DNA of 64,000 bases. It comes from Eledone cirrhosa. Its lineage: Eukaryota. Of the stretch, positions 55,177 through 64,000 are shown one piece after another; position 1 is the stretch's first letter, and each line of letters starts with the position of its first letter. The stretch lies in the NCBI GenBank assembly GCA_964016885.1, contig OZ024750.1, positions 26,040,001 to 26,104,000 on the forward strand, written 5' to 3'. A program made the translations under genes and the position numbers. The notes under the pieces were generated by a model. The model ran no database searches. It was not told the DNA's origin and was given only the letters and a program-made list of their open reading frames with translations.

Positions 55177-58100
55177 ATGGCTGTGCTAAGAGTAGGGTGT
55201 CTAAATGCGCGTGGCCTGGGCTCGTCTTGGAAGCAAGCAATGCTTCTAAATGACCTCAGGTCACAATCTATAAATGTGATGGTTATCTGCGAGGCCCGGA
55301 TCAGCAGCATGCGACAGCTAGCCCCCACCTTTGACGACTTTGAGATGCACGCATCTCTCTGTCAGCCCGGAGGTGGGGGTGGGGTTGTCGTTCTGCTACA
55401 AAAACATATGGGCCTTGCAACACAGATAGTTCACTTGGACCCAGGGGGTCGACTGGTGGTGCTGGACCTTGGCAGTGGTGAAGGTAGAGCCTTTAGGCTG
55501 ATAGCCGCATATGCCCCTTTTGGGACAGAGCGGCCCGACTTTTTCCAGCGTCTGGAGTCTTTTCTAGGGACGTCCCGTTCCCTGCTTTTAGTGGGGGATT
55601 GGAATGGTATCCTGGATGCACGTTGGGACTATGCAGGGGCATGTCCCGATAGAGAGGGGTGCAACAGCCTCAAGGGGTTACTCGGCCGATTTGACCTGGC
55701 CGATAGATTTCGACTAGATTTTCCGACGGTGCTAACCTGGTCTTGGTCAAATCGCAGCGGATCATCTAGATCGTACCTAGATAGATTTTTAGTTAGAAAT
55801 AAGGACAGGGACTTTTTAAGCTGTCCAGAAATGCTCATGGTTGGCTATTCAGACCACAAGTTGGTGACCTGCATGGTCAACCTTGATAGAACGCATAGAC
55901 AGGGCCCCGGTTACTGGAAGCTCAACTTGTCCTTGCCGGCAAGTAGAGCCTACAGGAATCGGATTAGTACGTTAGTTAAGGAACGGTTGACTGGAGCGAT
56001 CGTCAACAGCAGGTGGTGGGTATCTCTAAAGAGAGAGATTAGAGTAGTCTCGATTGAATTTAGTAAGGTTCTAGCTGCGGATAGGAATAGGAAGGAAAGG
56101 GAGCTAATAGATAGAGTAGAAGAGGCAATTAGAAGCGGCGACGTGGCCAGAGTGCTAGCGTCGAGAACGGCTTTGAGCCAGTTTTTCGACGCGAAGCACG
56201 AAGGTTGCGTTGTCCGAAGTAAAATACGTGCTCTAGGGAACGAGGGGACCAAAGCTGTTAGCTGGGCCCGCGTGACAGAGGCCAACAGTGGAACTAAATC
56301 CACCATCCGGTCTTTGCGAGACCTGGATGGACGGGCGATTCTTGAGCCTAAGCAGATGTGTGAGGCCTTTCAAAGGCACTTTGCCCGACTGTTCGGGAGG
56401 GGCGGGGAGCCGGTTGGGAACGTGGACTTCGGTCCATACCTCGACGGCCTGCCGCGCCTCTCGGACAGGGAGGCGAAGTCCTGCAAGGAGCCGATTTCGG
56501 CCGCTGAGATAGAGGACGTGCTGAGCCAATGCGGCAAACGCAAATCCCCGGGTCTCGATGGTCTTCCTTACGAATTATATCTAGCTATGCCGGACTTGTT
56601 CCCCGATCTCCTCGAGGCGGTCTACTGCAACTGGCAACAGAACGGGAGAATTCCCTGTACTGTGACCAAGGGCGTAGTCACGCTAGTGAGGAAGGACGAG
56701 AACAAGGGGGACGAAATAAGTAACTTCAGGCCCATAACTCTGCTAAATACAGAGTTACAGATTTTGGCCAAGGTGCTAGCAAAGAGGTTGGCGCTTGTCG
56801 TGGGCAACCTGGTGGGAGATGCGCAGACATGCGCTATCCCGTCCAGGTCCATCCATGACAACCTCCACCTCATGCGATACATCATAGAGAGGGTTGGGAA
56901 CGAACCCGGCTTTGGTGGGGCTCTGATCAACTTGGATCAATCTAAGGCGTTCGATAGGGTCGACCATGGTTACCTGGATGCGGTGCTAGCGGCGGCAGGC
57001 TTCGGACCCGTTTTCAGGGGCTGGATCACTGCTATGCACAGCAGCCGGATCTGCTCTAGGGTCAAGGTGAACGGCTACCTCTCGGAGCCGTTCAAAATCG
57101 CGCGGTCCATCCGACAAGGGTGCCCTCTCTCCTCCCTTCTGTATGTGTTGACTCTCGAGCCACTACTGCGGAAGTTGGAGTTGTTGCAGGGCATCCCTTT
57201 GGAACCGGGATTGCGGAAAGCGGTGTCAGCCTACGCCGATGACGTGACAGTAATGGTGTCGACGGCCTCCGAAATCGAGGCGGTCGGCACCTTACTGGAG
57301 GAGTACGAAAAGTTCACAGGGGCTAAGCTGAACCGGGACAAGTCGATCGGTTTGCAACTCGGCACGTGGAGGGGCAGACCGATGCCCTCCGATGGCGTCG
57401 TCGGACGCTGGACGGAGGGCCCGGTGAAGTTGCTCGGGGTCTGGTTCGGACCGGACCTCCAGGTGGAGAAAAACTGGGCGGAGGTTACGAACAGGGTGTT
57501 TGCACTGACCCAGAAGTGGGCCAGTTGCAAACTATCCCTAAAAGGTCGGGCGGAGGTGGCGAACACTTATATAGCGTCCGTCATCTACTACCGCCTGACC
57601 GTAGTGCCCTGCCCAAGGGAAACCCTCACCAAGATGGAGCGCGCGCTCTTCCAATTCCTTTGGAAGAGGCGGGCTCCTATGGTGAGGAGATCCATCTGCT
57701 GTCAACACCCTTCGAAAGGAGGGCTGGGGATGCCGTGGCTAATGATGCGTAAACACGCATTAAGGCTACGGCACCTCTACGTATTCCTCACCGGACAACC
57801 GGTGTGGGCCTCGTTTGTGAGACGAACCTTTCCCAGACTCGTCTCACTCACCGAGCTGCAATCCTGGGTCAAGCAAAGACCGAGAAAACTGGGCGCCTGG
57901 CACACTGAGTGTGCCCAGGCGCTCACCGCCCTCTGGCAGGCGGATCCGGTTATCAGTGGAGACTCCACCGCAACATTCTATAGAGGGCTGGTACGCAGCA
58001 GGTGCGACGACGCCCTCGGAGAAGCCCTAGACATGGAGGAGGACGAACTGGCCAGCCTGTTCGGTAGGACATTCAGCCCGGGACCTATGGACAACTTCCA

Positions 58101-58614
58101 GAAGTCCCTGGCCTGGCAGTGCTACCGAGGGGCTTTACCCGTTCGAGAAAGGCTCTACAGACACGGGCGCCCGGGTAGGGACCCCGCCAAAAAGATCTGT
58201 CCCAGATGCGTGTGCGACGAGGAAACCGTTGCACACGCATTGGTACACTGCTCGGGCGTAGCCGATCTGTGGGGCTATGTCGAACAACTGCTGTCAAGGG
58301 TGGGACCGATCCGGTTGACCACCGAGTCTATTGTAATGATCAAGCCGCCTCCCCCCTTCAAAGATGAAGCAGAGGCGGTGTTTCTGTGCGTAATAGCCAT
58401 GGCGAAAGAGGTTGTATGGTGGACGCGTCTGAAAGGAATGAGGTCAGGCACCTTTCTCTCTGGCCAACAACTGGTCCGTTTCTTCCGATATCATTTCGGA
58501 AGAAGGATCAGGATGGAGAGAGAGGTGCTGCACCCCAGTCGTTTTTATGAAAGGTGGGTGAAAGTGGCGAGAATGGCCCGTGTGAATGGGCCTTCTCTTT
58601 ACATAAGCCTGTAG
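55177..58614 (+). CDS. Intact Tx1/L1-clade ORF2 (APE endonuclease, reverse transcriptase, C-terminal CCHC)
   Basis: aacATG; CLNARGL, GDWN, YLDR, YSDH, KSPGLDG, NFRPITLLN, LDQSKAFDRV, IRQGCPLS, YADD, CPRC...H.L.HC; uninterrupted. Confidence 0.95.
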   Translation: MAVLRVGCLNARGLGSSWKQAMLLNDLRSQSINVMVICEARISSMRQLAPTFDDFEMHASLCQPGGGGGVVVLLQKHMGLATQIVHLDPGGRLVVLDLGSGEGRAFRLIAAYAPFGTERPDFFQRLESFLGTSRSLLLVGDWNGILDARWDYAGACPDREGCNSLKGLLGRFDLADRFRLDFPTVLTWSWSNRSGSSRSYLDRFLVRNKDRDFLSCPEMLMVGYSDHKLVTCMVNLDRTHRQGPGYWKLNLSLPASRAYRNRISTLVKERLTGAIVNSRWWVSLKREIRVVSIEFSKVLAADRNRKERELIDRVEEAIRSGDVARVLASRTALSQFFDAKHEGCVVRSKIRALGNEGTKAVSWARVTEANSGTKSTIRSLRDLDGRAILEPKQMCEAFQRHFARLFGRGGEPVGNVDFGPYLDGLPRLSDREAKSCKEPISAAEIEDVLSQCGKRKSPGLDGLPYELYLAMPDLFPDLLEAVYCNWQQNGRIPCTVTKGVVTLVRKDENKGDEISNFRPITLLNTELQILAKVLAKRLALVVGNLVGDAQTCAIPSRSIHDNLHLMRYIIERVGNEPGFGGALINLDQSKAFDRVDHGYLDAVLAAAGFGPVFRGWITAMHSSRICSRVKVNGYLSEPFKIARSIRQGCPLSSLLYVLTLEPLLRKLELLQGIPLEPGLRKAVSAYADDVTVMVSTASEIEAVGTLLEEYEKFTGAKLNRDKSIGLQLGTWRGRPMPSDGVVGRWTEGPVKLLGVWFGPDLQVEKNWAEVTNRVFALTQKWASCKLSLKGRAEVANTYIASVIYYRLTVVPCPRETLTKMERALFQFLWKRRAPMVRRSICCQHPSKGGLGMPWLMMRKHALRLRHLYVFLTGQPVWASFVRRTFPRLVSLTELQSWVKQRPRKLGAWHTECAQALTALWQADPVISGDSTATFYRGLVRSRCDDALGEALDMEEDELASLFGRTFSPGPMDNFQKSLAWQCYRGALPVRERLYRHGRPGRDPAKKICPRCVCDEETVAHALVHCSGVADLWGYVEQLLSRVGPIRLTTESIVMIKPPPPFKDEAEAVFLCVIAMAKEVVWWTRLKGMRSGTFLSGQQLVRFFRYHFGRRIRMEREVLHPSRFYERWVKVARMARVNGPSLYISL

Positions 58615-59249
58615 GTGGAGAAGAGGAAGGAACGAGGGAGCACCCCCTCTCTGTGCTCCTGAGGAAAAGGGTTGCACACTTTTTTCGGGGGTGTGTGCGA
58701 CCCCCCCCAAGGCGCCTCCTCTCTATTGAGGATTTTGTTAAAAATTTTATTTTTTGTTATATCTTATTTTATTTTTATATTTTGTTATTGCCTCCTCCTT
58801 ATTGAGGACGCCTTTTTGTGTAAACTCCCCCATTGTACTTGTCCCACTTCTGATGCCCTAGTGGCAAATAAAAGAAACATATCTATTGGAGATTTCGATT
58901 GTTGAAATTGTTTGTTTTTATATTTTTTACACGACTGTATCTAGAATTTACTGAAAGGTGGGCGAATGAAGTGAAAATGGCCCGAGTGATTGGGCCTTCT
59001 CTGTTTATAAGCCTGTAGGTTAAAGAAGAGAACAAAAGGAAGAAAGGAGAAATTGCACAATACGCTCCTGGAGTAGAGGGTTGTTCTATCGACGGGTATT
59101 AAACAACCCATTCGTGGCGCCTCCCCCCTATTGGGGATTTCGATTGTTGTAATTATTTGTTTTATATTTTTTACACGACTGTATGTAAAATCCCCGGTAT
59201 GTCTTTGTATTGTCTCCTTTTCTTGTGCGCCCTTGTGGCAAATATAGAA

Positions 59250-59286
<37 letters not shown>

Positions 59287-59310
59287 ACTACCTGGACTTG
59301 GAGAAACCAC

Positions 59311-60868
59311 AGTGGTCAAGGTGAACGGCTACCTCTCGGAGCCGTTCCATATTACGCGATCCATTCGACAGGGATGCCCTCTCTCCTCCCTTCTGTACGT
59401 ACTGACTTTCGAGCCACTACTGCGGAAGCTGGAGCTATTGCAGGGCATCCTTCTGGAACCGGGACTGCGGAAAGCGGCGTCGGCCTACGCCGACGACGTG
59501 ACAGTAATGGTGTTGAGCGCCTCACAAATCGAGGAAGTCGGCACCTTACTAAAGGAATACGAAAGTCTCACAGGAGCGAAGCTGAACCGGGACAAGTCCA
59601 TCGGTTTGCAACTCGGATCGTGGAGAGGCAGACCGATGCCTTCCGATGGCGTCGTCGGACGCTGGACGGAAGGACCGGTAAAGCTGCTCGGGGTCTGGTT
59701 TGGTCCGGACCTCCAGGTGGAGAAGAACTGGAACGAAGTGACGGCCAAGGTGTTTGCACTCACCCAGAAGTGGGCCGAGTGCAAACTATCCTTGAAAGGT
59801 CGAGCGGAGGTGGCGAACACTTTTATAGCGTCCGCCATCTACTACCGCTTGACCGTCGTGCCTTGTCCAGCCAAAACGCTCGCCAAAATGGAGCGCGCGC
59901 TGTTCCGATTCCTTTGGAAGAGGCGGGATCCTTTGGTGAGAAGATCCATCTGCTGCCAACACCCTTCTAACGGAGGGCTGGGGATGCCGTGGTTGACGAT
60001 GCGCAAACACGCGCTCAGGCTGCAGCATCTCTACGTATTCCTCACCGGACAACCGGTGTGGGCCCCGTTCGTGAGGCGAGCCTTCCCACGACTCGTCTCG
60101 CTGACCGAGCTGCAGTCCTGGGTCAAGCAGAGACCGAGGAAAATGGGCGACTGGCACATCGAATGTGCTCAGGTGCTCACAGCCCTCTGGCAGGCGGACC
60201 CGGCGATCAGTGGAGACTCCACTTCATCATTCTATAGAGGGTTGGTCTGCAGCAAGTGCGACGACGCGCTCGGTGAAACTCTAGACGTAGAGGAAGATGA
60301 ACTGGCCAGTCTGTTCGGTAGGACCTTCCGCCCGGGACCGATGGACAACTTCCAAAAGTCCCTGGCCTGGCAGTGCTACCGAGGAGCTCTACCAGTTCGA
60401 GACAAGCTCTACAGACATGGGCGCCCGGGCAGGGACCCTGCAAAAAAGATCTGTCCGAGGTGCGTGCGAGACGAAGAAACCGTCGCGCACGCATTCATAC
60501 ACTGCCCGGGCGTCACTGACCTGTGGGGCTATGTAGAACGACTATTGTCGCGGGTGGGACCGATCCAGTTGACCACCGAGTCCATTGTCATGATCAAACC
60601 GCCACCCTCCTTCAAAAACGAAGGAGAGGCGGTTTTCCTTTGTGTGATAGCTATGGCGAAAGAGGTTGTATGGTGGACAAGGTTGAAAGGGCTGAGGTCA
60701 GACACCTTTCTCTCCGGCCAACAACTGATTCTTTTTTTCAAATACCACTTTGGAAGAAGAATCAGGATGGAGAGAGAGGTGCTGTACCCCAGCAAGTTTT
60801 ATGAAAGGTGGGTGAAAGTGGCGAGAATGGCCCGAGTGAATGGGCCTTCTCTCTATATCAGCCTGTAG
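59311..60868 (+). pseudogene. 5'-truncated Tx1 ORF2 (RT C-terminal half to end), open frame
   Basis: 518-aa ORF with IRQGCPLS and YADD; diverged from the 55177 copy and has a different 3' UTR. Confidence 0.9.
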
Positions 60869-61237
60869 GTTGAGGAAAAGGAGGAGGAGAGGAAAGGAGT
60901 ACAAGCTCTTCGTACTCCTGGAGATGAGGGTTGCACATTTTTTTCGGGGGTATGTGTTACCCATATAAACTGTCTCCCTCTATTGGGGAAAATCGACTAA
61001 CTTTTAAATTCCATCTGTGATAACATTTTACACGTTTTTATTGTATGTAAACTTCCCCCTTTGTATTTGTCCCCTTCTTTTGTGCCCCTGTAGCTAATAA
61101 AGAAATATATCTATCTATTGGAGATTTCGATTGTTGAAATTGTTTGTTTTTATATTTTTTACACGACTGTATGTAAAATCCCTGGCATGTCTTTGTATTG
61201 TCCCCTTTCTTGTTGCGCCCTTGTGGCTAATAAAGAA

Positions 61238-61297
<60 letters not shown>

Positions 61298-62478
61298 CTC
61301 CAACAGGGGGCTGAAACATACGGCCCGCAAACTACTTTTCTATGGCTCGTGGTAGAACCAATATTTCAGATTCCATTATAACTGGTGAAAATAAGGCGGT
61401 GAGCTGGTGGAATCGTTAGCACATCTGGCGAAATCCTTAGCGGTACTTCTTCCGTGTTTACGTTGTTAGTTCATATTCCGCCGATCTCAACTTTGCTTTT
61501 CATCCTTTTGGAGTCGATAATCTAAGTACCAGTTGTGAACTGGGATCGATGTAATCGACTGAACCCTAAACCCCAAATTTCCTGCCTTGTGTCTATAGTA
61601 GAAATAATTGTAACTGGTGAAAATCATCACCCACCACAACGTTTGGCCCACTGTGCCTCTCCTACAGGACGTAATGGCCGTTTTATGACCTTGAGTTTGA
61701 GAGTCCTCTTCTACACACACACACTCATATATATGCATCCACTTTACTTTTTTTCTGTATCTGGACTACGCCCATGCTGTAGCATCACCTTGGTAAGTTA
61801 TGGGGACGTCAACAAACCAACAAGCATTCGTGGGAGGGCAAACACAAACGCAAAGACAGACACAGGCATATATATATATATACGACGAGCTTCTGTTAGT
61901 TTTGCTCTATCAAATCTCCCCACAGGGTTTGGTCGGCCCGGGCAGTGTGACTGAACCCGGAAACATGTGTATATCGTATTAAATTAACAATGAAAATAAA
62001 AACAACAAAGTCAAGTTACTTTATAACTTCGTTGTTTTTAATTTGTTGTTTTTATTTTCATTGTTAATTTAATAAATAATATCTGACTCTGTATCTAAAG
62101 AATTAACTCAGCGAGACACAGAACTTCACTATGGATTTTACGGAATTAGATTGAGTTTTATCTACGGTAGGGACCCTACTACCAGAGGTAGACCACACTG
62201 AAAAGGAAAAAAAATTATATATGTGTGTGTGTGTATTATATATATATATATATATAAAACTACATACATATGTACATACATTTACCTATGTGTATAACTA
62301 TACATTTATATATTTGTATGTATGCATGCATTTATGTTTAAGTGCGTGTATATGTGAGATGATTTAAATAGTTTTGGGTAAGGAGAAAATTTTGACTCCA
62401 GATTTTATTACCTAGGGAGATTAACACAACAGTTGTTCCTCCTCATCAAACACCAACGCCGGCCTGTATCTAGTATAC

Positions 62479-62509
<31 letters not shown>

Positions 62510-64000
62510 TGTATGTATGTATGTATGTATGTATGTATGTATGTATGTATGTATGTATGCGTGTGTATGTTCGTATGTATAAGTATTTACCCAAACCTTT
62601 CATCACCATTGCTTCTTATTCTTGCCATTTCTGTTGGTGTTGTTCTTGTAACTGTTGTCATAGTTGTGTAGCCCTTATTTTCATTTTGTTTAATTTCTTT
62701 CGTTTTCTTTTTCTTTTATGTCGCTAAGGAATTCGTTGACAATCTTCTTTCATTTATTTTCTTCATTCAAATGCATCCACACTGGCTGTCTCAGAGACGT
62801 ACAAATATGGCTTATAAATTTACCAAATTAAAGAGCCTTCCAGCGCTCCAAAAGCTTCAAACGCCCCTAACGACCCTTGCTCCCTAACGACCCCTTGCTC
62901 CCAAACGCCCCTCTAAGAGCTCCGAATCACCCCGGGAGTTCATATGCCTCCCGTTGAGAACCTTTTGGTTTAGACAGATAGCATATTAGATTGTAAAATA
63001 AAAATCATCGATTTGGCTGAATACCAAACAATTCCAATGGGGATGTAATTGTTTAAATCTAACGCAGGATAAACACATAATTTGAGCACAATTCAAGGAC
63101 ACATATTTTAGGGTGAGCTAGATGTAAATATATCAAGTCACTACTCATAGAAAGTTTGTCAGGGACGAAAGAATGGAAGTCAAGTTTCTACTGAATGAGA
63201 TATAAACTGTGTATGTGAAAGGATATATGTCATTACAACATGTCATTAAGAAAAGCGCGCTACCGCCTCTTCTAACCAAAACCTTTCGGAAATTAAATAA
63301 TATCCTAATTATGAAGAAACCAAATGTAATATTTTATTATAGCTTTTCACTACTACATTAGTCCATCTCAAACCCCTCTGGAGATAATTTCCTGTTTAAT
63401 AACTGTATAATTTACTGGAGTTGGGGTTTACTAATTGTATCCCTTTTCTGTTGTTGTTTAGGGTGAGGTCAGTCATAACTAAGGACACCTATCATCAAAA
63501 ACATTTCAGTCATCACCATACTAACATTTAGATGCCTTACGAACAACATTATTTGTTTTTGACTGCTTTCTTTAGCAGTTCGAGCGGCTATAAAGAAAGT
63601 GTCCGTCCCCACTCAAGTAACTTTCTAACAAATAAATACGCAGAACCAATTAGATATACCCAGATGTCAGACATTTGTATCTGTCAGGTTTTGACTCATA
63701 CAAGACACTCAAATACATTTACCTCATGCATTATCCTTATTCAATAGATCATGTTATAGACATTATCTCAATAACTATATATTTCCCAAACCCAGTTAAA
63801 ATAAAATTTAAAATATGGGATAACACTCAATCTGATGAAGTCTCAGCCAAGTAACATCAAATATATTATCCAGAAATTAAATTATAAAAGAATATTAACA
63901 ATTTTTTAAACAGTTACCAATTTGCACCAGCACTGATGCAAAGGCATATTGCGTAAGGCATATTGCCTATAAGAAATATGACTTACATGGCCACGATAAT

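Larger units (their letters stand above)
54380..61295 (+). mobile_element. Head-to-tail stack of about six Tx1 copies/fragments separated by ATCT units
   Basis: 3' UTR pieces at 54380, 58885 and 61117; near full-length copy 54546-58880; fragments 58941-59285 and 59311-61115. Confidence 0.9.
52884..64000 (+). repeat. Segmental/tandem duplication copy 2 with a 6.9-kb Tx1 stack
   Basis: Matches 1-1610 and 1610-4383 on either side of about 54380-61290. Confidence 0.95.

Noticed and set aside
59286-59323. Resemblance to U1 snRNA 5' end (acctgg..ggaga.acca..aaggtg)
   Set aside because: Short and patchy; aaggtg belongs to Tx1 ORF2 and tacctgga also occurs in ORF2 at about 56971
55629-60964. Overlapping antisense and alternate-frame ORFs in Tx1
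   Set aside because: Expected shadows of a GC-rich coding sequence

Overview
Repeat-dense animal genomic DNA. The SINE families, LINE complement and microsatellite load suggest an octopus or other cephalopod (inference). Most ORF-track entries are microsatellite or antisense artefacts. The main host feature, missed by the ORF track, is a spliced + strand gene for a type I membrane receptor: a signal-peptide exon (16759-16822), eight phase 1-1 EGF-repeat exons in four duplicated pairs (26124-47917) and a transmembrane exon (50357-50447). Bases 1-4383 are a near-identical copy of 52884-64000, so the gene appears to be tandemly repeated. The probable last exon of the upstream paralog (5086-5515) encodes a cytoplasmic tail of about 30 DSGK repeats. 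Introns and intergenic DNA hold Penelope-like elements and over 15 hammerhead-ribozyme (HHR) motifs, including retrozyme-like units, a U3-A8 core variant and an antisense HHR before every EGF exon pair. Tx1-clade LINEs, one with an intact ORF2, are stacked in (ATCT)n tracts. R4/Dong-, CRE- and RTE-like relics, SINEs and many foldback inverted repeats are also present.
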